Shown piece after piece: positions 28,401 to 43,400 of a DNA stretch of 64,000 nt. This DNA is from Owenia fusiformis (Eukaryota), in the NCBI GenBank assembly GCA_903813345.2, contig CAIIXF020000001.1, forward strand, positions 48,918,001 through 48,982,000, written 5' to 3'. Numbering within the stretch: the first letter of the stretch is position 1; each line of letters starts with the position of its first letter. A program made the translations under genes and the position numbers. The notes beneath the pieces are model-generated. The model was given only the letters and a program-made list of their open reading frames with translations, was not told the DNA's origin and searched no databases.

Positions 28401-31400
28401 TTCTTGATAAGTGAATTGGTGTTTATCTGGGTAATCAAGGGATTATAGTCACTCAAAGTAACTGAGCATCCAGTTTTGACACTTCAATTGTGTCGGTGAA
28501 ATTATACATATTTCAGTCAAATTCATATTTAAAAAATATAATTTTCTTTTTAATTCTCCATGGGTCTTTAAAGTTATTTCTTCATTATATGTCATACATT
28601 GGTGTTTTTTCTATGATAATGATTATTTTTTCTGTTAGGATACTTATTTTGTCTTGCAGCAGGGAGTTAATTGTGCACCAAAACTCATGAAAAAGTAAAT
28701 ATACTTATCAAATATAACTAGGACAGTTATAAAAATCATATTTCACATACATTTAACTGAGGGACCAAAAGGGCTTATATTCAGACTTATCCTTTTTACT
28801 CTCTATAAACTGAAATTCTTTAAATAACAAGAGGGCATAGGCTTATTGCATAAAAAAACTAAATAATCTGAAATATACAAATGTCATTCATGTACAATAT
28901 GAATATACTTTTCCATATTATTGCACAATGGCCTCCTGATTTCTTATTTTTGGGGTTCTACTGATGAAATAAAACTGTGAAATGGGCTGTAGGGTCAGTC
29001 ATTTTCTATTCTTTGTTTGGAAGAAGTCCTATTCCCTGTATTAATGTGTTACACCATAGCGTAAAACCTTCAATTTTATGATTTCAAGGTAAAATTTAAA
29101 AAAATGACATTCACATAAAAAAAATTGTTATTTAATTGATGTTTTCTCAATTTGATGTTTGATGTTTTTCTAAATATCCACAGGATGATAATCAAAGAGC
29201 CACAGATGTTTAAAAAAACATTATAATACACAAGTTTATATTACGTTTATATTTCATTCATTCCTATGCATACACTATTCAATGTCAACAGTGAAAGTAT
29301 ACCCTTAAGATCTTTGTGTAAAATTTTGTTTTCACTATACACAAATAAACCATATAAGAAACATGGTGTCAGATATATATACAACCAGTTTATTTACACC
29401 CCTGGCAAATGAATCTCAAATAATTTGAAATAATATTATCTTTCTTTGTTTTTATTAAAGGAAAAATAATCGTAGACAACATTTTTTATTCCATGAAAGC
29501 ATCTCTTTCAATTTACAGCACAGTGAAAATTATTACATGTCTTTTTCATACTTTTGAAATGTTTGAAAGGGTCCAGTCATTGGAAGTTAGTAATGTGTAT
29601 CAAAAGGGGTCGTTTCAATATTACATACTCAATACCTTTATGTATAGGGCAATGACTGGTAACAGGTATACTGAACATACACATGTAAACAATTGTGAGA
29701 CTGACATGTTTACAGTCAATAAAGGAATAAAAAATATATATCTGTGACCATTAGAAGGGATCAAGGTCTTTCTTTCTACAAACAAACTGCATTTTACAAA
29801 ATTGAAAAATGTAATGATTATCAAAAATTTATCAATAACTCCCAGATGGATTTATAAATCAAATAGCTCTGAAAATCAAAATTGTTGGTCGCTTCTTTAC
29901 AAACATGTACTTACTGTGTGAACATACATACTTTTTATGTAACAATGTATTTATTAAGTATGTGTGAAACATGTTAATTTCATATTATTACCAAATCTTA
30001 CCTGACGCATTAATGTCCATTACTCCCACTAAGAAAATGAAGGACCCACGGTCCTATGCTCACACAGTTTGGAACCTTCAGAGGAATTTATATCCTGACT
30101 TTCAAACAAAAATATTGATTTTGATTTGTAGTCTCGAACTTTGAGAAACTTAGATAGCATAGTTGTGTGACCTAGTTTGCTGACCTTTGACCTTGAAAAT
30201 TTTACTTATTCAGAGCTCAGTAAGGTCTTTTGTGATTAAGCTGACCAAAATTTACATCCAAAAATCAATTTGAAAAATCAACTTTTTTGAGCTTTCGAAG
30301 GTCACTGAAGGTCAAGTAAAGGTCAAATACTAAAACTAATGTCAGATTTGAACTCCAGGCAACTTGTAGATGATTTTCAAAAAAAAATTTGGTCAAATTG
30401 AAGCAAGTTGAGAAATAACTTATTTTTACTGTTTTTTGACGTCAAATATCTCAAAAACGGTAAAAATTTGATGCTGACATATATTGAGAAATATGTAGGG
30501 AATGCTTAAATCTATTAATGATGTAATTTATTGCAGGAAATGATCAAGTATAAGGCAAACTTTAAGAATCTTGTCAATCACAAAACCTGCCATTGACTTT
30601 ATACATGAGAAAGTTTCCTGAAAATGACTAAGTCCTACTTTTTTTCAAATTTTACAGAGTAAATACCAAAAACCGTAATTCCAAGAGCTTTGAAATCTTC
30701 AGAGGACATAAGTTGCATATACACCAACTACTAAAAGTTATTTGAAAGTTCTACTTCAACAAAGTGTCTAGTATTTACAGAAAATTTGACTTTTTGACGT
30801 CAAAATCCGCAATTTCTCGGAAACCAGGCGAACTTGGGAAATGGCGATGATAGGTCAAATAGGCATTACGGATATGCGTAAAATGAATGTGGATATGACT
30901 CAATCCGAATAGCAGTTTTAATTTGTGCGGCCAATGTTGACGGACGGACCAACGGACGGACGGACGGACGGACGGATGGACGGACGGACCAACGGACGGA
31001 CGGACCAACGGACGGACAGACGCCTGGTCAATCCCATAGGCTCACTGTGTGAGCCAATTACTTAATTTATGCAATATCAAAAAGCAGTGTACAAAAAGTA
31101 GACCATACTTCAAAAGGGACTGGTTACATACAGTTCACAGATTGCTCAACAAATCGGATTAATTAGCTGTAAAAAGCCCTACAACTCATCATCATTAATG
31201 GTAGAATAAGAGATACACACATACTAATTATAACATTTGTTGAGGTCTCATTAATTTAAACCTATATATAGAGTGCCTTACTTACACACATGTATGTGTA
31301 AGTTCTATATATAAGATTAGATTTGTGATAATCTCTAATCCCTAGTCTTGCACCCCCCCCCCCCCCTACTTATAGCATTTCCCATTCTCTTGAGATATAG

Positions 31401-34400
31401 AATGACTTGATGTCGGTCTATTATTTTACTTATTGTGTATGTAATTATGTATATATTTATTGCCCTTTATATAAAGGAGATACAGATATTACAAAATGTT
31501 ATCATAATAAATATTTCTGGTAAAAGATCTGTGAGGCATCAGGTTAATAACGACAACTACATTTAAGTACTACTTAAATTGTACCATATCCCACACAAAC
31601 AGTAAATGCCCAATTTCTACAATTCTTGCCTATCCTGGAGGCTGTTTCTCAAGTATAATGTAGTTCATATTGGTATAGCATGAAATGGACCCCTGATTCC
31701 CATCAAGATGAAACTCAAACATGTTGCAACTTGTTCAATTAAGAACTGCCCTATGATCATCAAAATCTTCAAACCAATATGACAGATTGCAACTTGTTCA
31801 GATCAAAATCTTCAAATCAACATAAATATGACAGATTGGGCTATCGTATTAGGCCATTGAAGTTGTGCATTTATTTTTGTGTGTGCCTCACAAGGAGGAC
31901 ATGGTAAGATACAATAAAGTGTAAAGCAGCTTCCACCAGGCTAAAGACAGAATACAAAAGATCAGAGTTAAATCATATTAAATACCATAGTATTTTATAC
32001 CATCACAGAGAAGGGTGACAAAAAGTATACTATCAGCAACAGACACAGTTACCAGCAGGTTAAGGGATGGTGCCTACATGTTGACAGTTGTAGAAAGACT
32101 AATTCTTAGAAAGAAAATTTTTAGTTATGGTTCTCCCTTCCCTATTGTTGAAATTTCAAATTGTTGTTTGCATTTATTTGAGTTTCTCTTGAAAATCAAC
32201 ATCTTCATTTACCAACTCCTCCCTAACAAAATTAACTTTTTCCACAACTGATGACAAAAAGACATCATCCCTAAGGAGACATAAGGAGACATTTATAATG
32301 GCTACATTTGTGAATATTAATCTTTCCATAATGCAACATACAAGTATACATAGAGAGATATAAAATTATTGTTTCTTGAATATGGATTTATCAAGCATAC
32401 TACATGTATTTCATTATGGAGAATAAGCAGGTTATTTCATGAGAGGGATACATATGTATTTTATTCTCATGAGAAAAAAAGCTATACATAAATCATAATA
32501 AATTATACACCACCGTCTTACTCACTACCAAAGTGAAAAATTGTTATTTTGATCTCTTCAAACAAATATAATTTTTAACAAGAAAAAAAGTGCTGAATAT
32601 CATACTTGTAGACCAAAACGCCAAGAATTCTTGTAGACCAAAACTACCAAGAATTTTGCTAACAAGATTTATTGAAAACTTTGGGAGTGGTAAGGTAGTG
32701 ACGTGTAAAGTAAAGTATCATATTATGATTGTATTTCAGAAGTCTCTAAGATGGGTCTTCCTTCTGAAAGTGTTGTTACACAGAAGTAGCATAGGAGTCA
32801 AGCATCAAGCCCTTGTGCCCCCACAACTAACATACACACCTACATATGTCAGGAAATACATAATAAGGGGCCCGATTTACCAGATCATATCTTATCTACC
32901 ACATGGCTCTTTGGAAAAGTCAAGACAAAGTGGATATGGATATCACAATGAGGACACAAGAAGCTTGGTGCAAGCAGAGGTATGTGAGGGAGTCAGGTGA
33001 GAGTCTTAGAGAATGAAGGGCTCCACAGCTAGTAGCTTCATGGCTTACCATTCCCAACACAGATCCTCCATTCACCACTGCGAAACATCCACTCCACCTG
33101 ATTTGGGTCACGTTCTGTGACATCATTGTTGTTCAGGCTGTAGAACAAAAATATATTTAAATTAATGACATCTAAAACACACATGTTCTTGCAAAAAAGA
33201 ACACAAAATAACCAAAACATAAATTCATGCAAACATAAAATCAAAGAAAACATACTCTATTCTATAAAAACTTCCAAAATAAAAGAAAACAATGTTTTTA
33301 CTGAATGCAATAACAAAAATTCATGCAAAATGTAAATTTCAAACAAAATGTGAAAAATAAAGAATAACAGAAAGCAAATATTCTTACAAAACATAGAAAA
33401 GATTTAAATTCAAAATCAAATTTACAAAATAAAAAAATATAAGGTTACCTAAATACATCTACACCCTGAAACACCTTGTACAACAGCCTTAGCTGAGTTA
33501 CCTGTGACTACATTTACTTATTTTAAGAGAATCACTGCATCAACACCCTGTACAATACAGCCTTAGCTGAGTTACCTAACTACATTTAATTATTATAAGA
33601 GAATCACTGCATCAATGAAACACCCTGTACAATACAGCCTTAGCTGAGTTACCTAACTACATTTACTTATTTTAAGAGAATCACTGCATCAATGAAACAC
33701 CCTGTACAATACAGCCTTAGCTGAGTTACCTAACTACTCGTACATTTAATTATTATAAGAGAATCACTGCATCAATGAAACACCTTGTACAACAGCCTTA
33801 GCTGAGTTACCTAACTACATTTAATTATTATAAGAGAATCACTGCATCAATGAAACACCTTGTACAATACAGCCTTAGCTGAGTTACCTAACTACTCGTA
33901 CATTTAATTATTATAAGAGAATCACTGCATCAATGAAACACCTTGTACAACAGCCTTAGCTGAGTTACCTAACTACATTTAATTATTATAAGAGAATCAC
34001 TGCATCAATGAAACACCTTGTACAATACAGCCTTAGCTGAGTTACCTAACTACTCGTACATTTAATTATTATAAGAGAATCACTGCATCAATGAACGCCC
34101 TGTACAATACAGCCTTAACCGAGTCTCCTATATCTAAATGTACTTATTATTATTAAGAGAATCAGTGCATCAAAGAAACCCAATGAGTAACAAAAGTTGA
34201 TCAAATCAAATGAAAATTGTATCATTTCTACAATTGTTGTTTCCTGCCTGACTGAATATTGATCATAACCAAGGGCGGAGATAGGCGTCCTTGTTATAAC
34301 TGTACACCACTCTTGAGGTCAACTATTAAGATTCTAGACCAATCAAAATAAAGTGTTTAGACTGAGGAATAATACCCTTTGCATTCGTTTGACTTCACTT

Positions 34401-37400
34401 CTTAAAAGAGAGCTTCGTCTTCATAGTTTTGGGAGTGGTGACTTAGACCATGTCTTGAGACATCACCCGTTGTGAACATGCATAAGTCATGCAATCTGTA
34501 TCAAATGGTGAGCGGTCTCGTTTAGGGGACCTGGGAGACATAGTCTAGTGTCTAAGCTTCCCCGAACCACCGTCAGTGATTATGTGACAGGTAGAGTATA
34601 TTTAGTTGATCCTAGGATGATAACATTGGTGGTGTCACTCCTATTGTCATTTTTGTAGAGAAAGGCCGTAGTTTAACTAGACTCTGCACGCAGGGTAGAG
34701 GAATAATAACATTTTATTACTCTAGTTCAACCTAAACTCAAGAAACGTCAGTCCAAGATCCATTTTAGATCTCAGGGGCATTTATCAAATCAGAAGCTGA
34801 GATTCAAATATTTTTTCAATCACGTTAATGTAATCCTGCAGATGTAATAACATGAGATTGAAATACCTGATAAAGTTCCTTTAAAAAGCTCTTACCAAAA
34901 TTAGAGAACAGTTCTGGGTTAGTTTTGCCAACTTCAGACATTGGGTGATAAAAACAAAGTTATCCATTATATATAATGCATGCTGTGAATCTTCTTTCAA
35001 CTTTTGATATCGAGTTATATTGCCAATACAGGAAAATTCCCATCAATTCAATGAATTCAAATAATAGAAACTAATCAAACCTATTTCTCAGTATTTTTCA
35101 TTTTAGATTGACTTTACTTTTGATATGTGATAGCAAAATATTCATGCCTACATAAAATAGAAAATGGAAAGAGTATTAACATATGAACTTTTGGGGAATC
35201 CACAGCCCATTGCTCAAGGCTTGTTTGATGAATGATAAGTAGGATCAAGGTGAACAACATTCAATGGCAGATGCTCTAAGAACCTGTAAATAAACATTCT
35301 AAAGGAATTTCAAGTTCAGAGAACATAACCCTGAAACCACATTTTGAATCAAAGCAGTAATATGAGTGTGTGTCTATCATAGGGAGTACTCAGGTACTCG
35401 AAAACATTGAAACACCTGTTTCTTCACTTAACTGCCTACTTCGAGGATTAAAGCCTACTACATTGTGTATATGAAGGTGAACCTCACCCCCTTACCAAAA
35501 TTTCTTTCAAAATCATGCAATTTTTCACCATTCTGTTTTTCACCATTCTGAGCACTTTATGAGTGATTTTGGCCATTTTTGGGCCAAAGTAGTCAAAAGT
35601 GAACACCCCTGAATTTTTTCAAAAAGTGAACCCCCTTGGCAAATCCTGGCTACGGGCTTGGTATTGGAATGGGTACACTTTGACATCATTCAGTATATCT
35701 TGCACTAAAGAAATCAAGTTGTCACAACTGAAGTCAAGAGGCCAATAGCTATTATAGATGAAGTTGTCCCTTGAGAAATATCATAGATATAACACCCCCC
35801 CCCGGGTCAGCCCCCCTCCTCTCCCCCACACTTACAATATGTCAACAATACTTATACTTTGTCAAGTAGAAGTGTATCAATGATGAAATTCTGAATTTTA
35901 AAAAATCTATTTTACAATCACAGAAGATTAAAAGAAAATGTTGTTGGGGAAGACACTGAAACTGACATGAGAATTGAACAAATTGAAGCACTGAATGACT
36001 GACTATAAGTTGACATATAAATGAAAAGACAGAATACTTATAGAGGCAGAAAACCAATTAATTCATCCGGCTATTTAATCTTCCAGTAAAAGATTTGTTC
36101 TATTTCTGTCTTATCTTGGTGAAGAAATTATTAAAGATCTGCAGGTCACCAAAATATATTATCCCTTCCAATAGCTTGATTTTATTTCTCAAACAAGAGT
36201 GCCAATTACTTGCGTCTCTTCTCTTTGAAACAGCTATGGATATAGTCCTGAGTAAGGACACTAGCGGTTACCGTTGATTTGGTTTTCTGTATAAAAAGTC
36301 ATTTTTCTCCTTTCCTACCCCATTGGAGCGCCATTTGGCGTTTGGGAAGTGAATTGGGACTAAATATTTATAAGGTAGGTCCTGATTTATCTGAAAACAT
36401 GCCAAAGTTCAGTGGGAAATCTCATTTTAAGCTGGCGGCGGAGTGATTTTGACCTTGGTGATTTTACCAGAATTCTCTGAGAAATCTGACGATAGAGGGG
36501 GTTAGTGTCTTCAAGTTTATTTATCTCAAAAATTCGGTGGACAACCCATGGTAAGATTGTTATAGCAGTCTAGGCGAGTCTCTCCCGAACACTGTGGTAT
36601 GTTGCACTAGGCTTGGATACTAATCGTTAATAAGATACAGGGTAAAATGTTATAATGGCCACCTATGGGAAACTCTACTGTGGTCTTCAACCTACCTAAT
36701 CAGACCCCCAGGCCATAATTCTTTCAAAATCACATAGTTTTTCATCATTTTGAGTGACTTTGGGTTAAAAAAAAATCATCTGCAATTATACAATATGATT
36801 ATTTATAGCAGCAAAAAATAGTCTAAGACTTTTAGATATTTAAAATTCTTTGATTTTACCTTGATCAAATTAACAATGTACCAGAAATGCAAACCTCGAT
36901 CATTATTGGTTGCATGATGCTGGGATAGATATGCTAAAAGTGTAACCATATTATTGCTATTTCAAACATGTTCTGACCGTGGACAAATCAATCAACAAGG
37001 AACCATGTGATAAATGACATCATATTGAGAATCAAATTAACTTGAGCTAAGCTGAGATTTGATTAGTGTTGGTTTAGGCCATCCAGGGAACTTAAAGGGA
37101 CTGTGATATATAATTTGCCAGATTTGATTAATTGAATATAAAGCTGGTATTGACTATCAAAACTAAATTAGTTACGGTGTTCAAATGTTGACAGTTGTGA
37201 AATGAGGAATAAAGTTAATTTCATTTTGGACAGGAAATATATGATGGTTGCATTAGTGAAAAATCAATAAACCGCTGCAGTTTTTCTTTAGAGGATAAAT
37301 CTGTTGTTTTAAAGATGACGGCCGCTACAAATAAACATCATTTTGATATCTTTGGGTGTTCTTTGCAATATAAGTTACCCTGAAAAATATATAAACAAGA

Positions 37401-40400
37401 CATTACATGATATGTTATTACCTGGAATGCAACCAAAACACCAGTTACAAGAAATTGGTGGTTATAACATATAATCTTCAACTAGTTCTAGTTTACATAT
37501 TGGCTTTAGTTTTGAGGTACCCCCCCCCCCCAAAAGTTCTGGTTCACAAGAATTTGTTTTGATTTGTGTAAAAGCAACTCTAATTATTACTCATTACTGA
37601 CATTCGACAGAATCATTTCATGAAATATTCCTCTTTACAAAATGGAATTTGATTCAATGAAACACAAATTATTCAAAATACCACTATACAATGGTAAATT
37701 CAGGCATTTTCCTTTTAAAAAAGAAAAAAATCAAACATCATGAAAATCCATTGAGGGGCTTCATTAGGAGGCAAGGAAGCATGGTGACATGAACTAAATT
37801 TATCAGCTGTTCTTTGGAAATAAATCAGTTTCAGTAAATGACCTGAAAGAGAAGAATGTGTTGGCGCCTCTAAATCATCTATTCAAATAACATAAAGTCA
37901 TAAAATAAAGTTATTTTCAACCTTTTCAAGGTTAAAACAACCTTTTTGGTCTTTTTACACAACATCATTAATTTTGTAGTTTGAACACCTATATAAAAAA
38001 TTTATTTTCCAAGATTTTGTTGGCCACTTCACAAGTTAGAATAATAGTAGAAAATTAAAATTGGTTATAATTTTTTTTACTTTTCTTCACACAAAACAAA
38101 GAAAAAGTCATTTCATATTCCCATAGCACCAAGATCAAACATTCTTTTTACAATTTTTTTCTCACAAACAAAGTAATATAATAGAATATTAACCATGAAA
38201 GATGAAACAAAAAGCCATCAGAATCTCATTAGTTCTGCTAAATTGGCAATATTATTATCATTCAAACTACAATTACATTCACTCCACTGATTGATCATGA
38301 ATGATCATTTTCTATTAACAGAATTCTTTACTTTCAAGATAAAATCCTCTTAGGTTTAATGGAAACCACAATTTGTTATTTAATTTCCTCTTGTAAAAAC
38401 CTTGATTCATGTATGTTCTATTTTTGAAATGATAAAAGCTCTTATGATTTCCATGTCACAGAGTATGGTTGTTAAACATTAAATCAATTTTTCTAATTAA
38501 GGTCTTGAGTTTCCTCAGAATATATTCTTAACCATGCAAAATTCTTAAACCTATTTTGGCAAGAAAATATATGAACAAGTATCTATTTTCATGATTTTTC
38601 TATTTTCCAGTATATGCAGTACCCAATTGTTTCAAAGCTAATTAGATTCATATAATATGTACCATAAACACCATTGGGATCAAATAAACTATAATTTTTG
38701 TTGATGTATCAGGCGATTATATTGACATTATTACTTCTGACTGTCATACTGATGGTTCTAATAGTCTTACCCTATAATCCAGAGAGTAATTTACTGCCCT
38801 TTTCACGCGGTCCTAACTTCGACCGTTTATTTGAATTTTTGACCTACCGGATGTTTGAAAATCAAGGATTACGAATCTCATACTGCACCATTTTTTCTTC
38901 AAACTTGTTCCATTCAAAGCATAACACAAATCGCTTTCTGATGGTACATTATTCTCTTCAACAGAGTCCCTACTTCCAGCGGATTTGCAACTTCTCACAT
39001 CTGGGGACCAAAACGCCGCTAAAACGAGGGACTTTGTAAACAAAAGCAATGTCCCGACTGAAAGGTATTTCTGTGAAGGTTTTAATAGAACAAGTTTGAA
39101 GAAAAACAGTGTACAATGAGACTCACAATCATTGATTTTCCAAAGAAAGGGTAGGTTTGAAATTCATTTTAACGGCTTTGCGGGGCGTTTTGGTTTCAAT
39201 ACGCCCTGGTGAGTTAATACCGCATGATATTAGAGGAGAACAACTTGACAATGATTTTGTATATAAACTACATGTATTTCCAATTTTTATACAAACATGC
39301 ATTTGTTACAGACGTCAACCACCAACCACCAATTGCCAACCGCAGTCACAAAAAACAGAGACCATAACAATTATGTCACCACTTTTTGGTGTTCACAAAC
39401 CGAACAATTATGCACATATAAATATAATGCAAATAGCCAGAAAAACGTTTCAGTTAAAAAATGATAATTTTGTTTCATTTTATTTACTTCCCTCAACTGC
39501 CTTTTACCTGGCTACAACCATGTGAGGCACTTACTTATATCATCATACAATATTAATGTGAAATTTTTTTTATCTTATTCTACCTCGGGTCTTCAGTAGC
39601 TGGCACCCCAAAGCCACTACCCAAACCATCTCAACCAGATTCTTTTATCCTAAATCTGATTCAATTATCGAACTGTTTTAATTCAATACCATATATATCC
39701 ACCAACTAATTGATAGCATTACAGCATGGTGTTACTTGTCTTAGTTTTCCTCTTAATAATTCATTGGAGATTTTACTTTCCTTAGTAGCAATCATAGGGG
39801 ATAATTATAAATACTTGAAATTTATTGGAAATCAATATTAATGTTTTGTCGAGACCACGTACCTGGTCACATTATCCAGACATTGGCTTACTAAGGATTT
39901 TTATATGGCAGTTATAAAATGATGCATTCTTATGTAAAGGATCACACACAAAATAAGTTACAAAGAATATGTGATAATAAAGTATTGTTCACCCTTCAGT
40001 AACATATTCTAAATAACATGCAAAATGTTACCACCTGCTATTTGTTACACCAACCAAAGAATGCTCATTATGGCATGATGAACCCTGTCCACAAAAACTT
40101 AGAGTTTATAACAATATGTAACCACCCCCCTACCCCAACAAATTATCAAAAATTAGTTTTTCATGCATAATGGTATCCATTTTCAATTCAGTGGCCCTGT
40201 TTTAAATTTCTTCTGAGCATTAGCATATAAAATTTATCTTCAGCATTAACTTCAAACTTAATAGAACTGCCTCAACAAAACATCTACAAGATCCAGGTTT
40301 CAAAACGTAAATGTCACATTAAATAAATATAATACTGCATTGAATTTTACTTATAAAAAGAGATAACAAAAAGCCTCTAGCGAAATAACACACACAGATA

Positions 40401-43400
40401 TAAAATTACTCTTATTAAATCCAAGTGAATGGTTCAGAGGGACCTATTCAAAATCGACAAACGGAACTTTAACTTAACCTAATTCACAACACAACTTACT
40501 TTTAGAAATGTGCTGAATGAGCAATTTAGAAACATCCTTGGCTAGCATCCTGTAAAATCAGCTTGTACCTTCACATATACAACAAGTATGTCCCTATATG
40601 TACAACCCAACCTATAACAACTAACAAGATTGCTGGTATGCAGTTCTATAATCTATAAGTAGACAAAGGATACCCAATACATAGGTCTTACACCATTGAT
40701 CATAAATTGAAAGTCGGATATTACTGTAATATGATCGTATAGACACATGAAAACATATAACACCCACACTCAAATAATTAGATATAGTACATATTAATAT
40801 TTAGAAAGCCATTAAACAAAAAAAACGAATTTAGAAAAAATCTAATTTAAAAGTAATATATGTCAGTCACTTTATTTCAAATTTATAGACCAACTTTGGC
40901 AGGCTTATATTATAACCTATTATATACACACAGATTAACACATGTGTCTCAAGATTCCTGATTTATTCAGTTTAAAAATGTATTTTTGAGAAAGATGCAA
41001 CTTGTGAATGTAAGGCATGTGAGGGCAACAACCTTAGGTAATCTCCATTGGATTTTTACCATTGCAATGTTTGTATTCTGGCATTCATTGATCTCTTACA
41101 TCAATGCTTGTAATACATATGCCATCCGTCTTTACAACTCAACTTAACCTATGTAACTCTTCATACTTGCTTTTATGCTACATTCATGAATTTTAAAAAC
41201 AGTACTGTTGCATTCAATCATGTTATAATAATCATGACAAATGTTTTTTAGTTGCACAGCACTTGTATTTCGATACTGCAGTTGTAACATGCAGAAAAAA
41301 GTATATTGTTAACATGGGCAATTGCTTCACCAAATTGACAGAAGTACATTGATTCAAATCTTTTTCAACTAAAACTGTTGAAATTAAGTCCCAAGGTAGT
41401 AGAATATGCCTCCTTCAAACTAAATTTGCCTCATCTATACATATTTGCCTCACCATATGTTTTATCATGGTTACACCAATGGTTAGTTACTGTAATAATC
41501 ACAAGTATTCTTCTCATTTTTCAGTTTTCGAACCAATAATATGACATAGCCCGACATTCAGATATCCAGTTCTGCCCTTAATTATGTAAAAGTACAGGAA
41601 CTGCTTTTATGGAAGATAAAATTAACATACACTGTAATATGCTGTATAAACGCAGTTGATTAAATAAGTTTATCTCGATCTATGTCAGCTTATGTCGAAC
41701 AATTGAATCTTTATGATAATTTTGTTAAACAAATGAAATCAAGAACTCCAGAACCTCAATACCTGATAAGATTTAGCAATATAAGACAGATAGCAGTTAA
41801 ATTACATTTAACAGGGCTTAAGTTCTTACAACAGTTATTTATGAAGAAACGGAAATGTGCATTTGCATTTTCAGGAAAATTAATGGCTTTATTAGATCTA
41901 TTCTGCTATGTAACCATCTAAAGTTACATAGCTTTGTATAGAAGACTGCAAGATATAATTAAACTAAAGATAACACTGTATGAATATAGATTATAAACTT
42001 GGGTTTAAGAGATGCTCTATAAATAAAAGGTAATTCACCGGTTGATGATGCACATTTAGTCTAAAGGCAAAGAGAAATGTCTCAACTTAAGCAAAATCCT
42101 CATTTATTTCAAAGACAGTATGCTCAACTGTATCAAAAATGTAATTTTTATATTAACTGTAAGGCATTATAGTGCTGTCCCCAGCTCCGATTTCGGTGAT
42201 CGGCTAGTAAAAAAGGTTTGAGGGTATCATTTTGTTCCAGACACTCTCTAGAGTAAATTATCCTAACTTGAGTAAAAATGTGTGGTAAGTTAATTCACTA
42301 TGGGCAGTTAAAGAGGCGCCATCTATTCATTTTCAAACAGGGGGTAGGGGTATCAAATAATTTTTAACACATCTTAATAGTAAAATGACATTGAAATACT
42401 AATAAAATCTTATCAAAAACATTATTTACAATCAGTATGAATTTTTTTGTGTGAATTAGGGTGAAAATAAGGGCATATTTTGAATTTCACTAAAGGGGCG
42501 CCACCTATTTTCATACTTCTACCATGTGTAATAACTTATTTTAGATTCGTTAAGGTACGAAATGTACTGAAAAAATTCATTCTGAAGGACCTATATATGT
42601 TCATACCACATACTCAAAATTGGATCAATTGCTTATGTACTGGCGGAGAAAAAAATTATTGAAATTTAAAATTGTGGCATCATGCAGGATAGGGGTGACC
42701 ATATCTCACATGATTAACTTCCAAAATATGGAGCATATGTATCTCAAATGTACTCAAAATGGTGTATGTACTCTTGCTTTGTCATAATATTACTTATAAG
42801 AAGTAGAAAAATGATTGTACATTTCAAAAAATATTAATTCTCATTTTGGCTTCTGACGTCCCAGGGGTGACCATATCTCACCTTAATAACTTCCAAAATA
42901 TGGAGCATATGTATCTCAAATATACTCAAAATGGTGTATGTACTCTTGCTTTGTCATAATATTACTAATAAGAAGTAGAAAAATGATTGTACATTTCAAA
43001 AAATATTAATTCTCATTTTGGCTTCTGACGTCCCAGGGGTGACCATATCTCACCTTAATAACTTCCAAAATATGGACCATATGTATCTCAAATGTACTCA
43101 AAATGGTGTATGTACTCTTGCTTTGTCATAATATTACTAATAAGTAGAAAAATGAATGTACATTTTAAAAAATATTGATTCTCATTTTGGCTTCTGACGT
43201 CCCAGGGGTGACCATATCTCACCTTAATAACTTCCAAAATATGGAGCATATGTATCTCAAATGTACTCAAAATGGTGTATGTACTCTTGATTTGTCATAA
43301 TATTACTAATAAGAAGTAGAAAAATGATTGTACATTTTAAAAAATATTGATTCTCATTTTGGCTTCTGACGTCCCAGGGGTGACCATATCTCACCTTAAT

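Noticed and set aside
32920..33126. MMSQNVTQ... frame of exon 33049-33137 as a start exon
   Set aside because: Ends in phase 0 at the gtaag donor, incompatible with the phase-1 core acceptor
38780..39220. ORFs and imperfect inverted repeats
   Set aside because: Looks like an old palindromic element; ends and TSD not definable, ORFs uninformative
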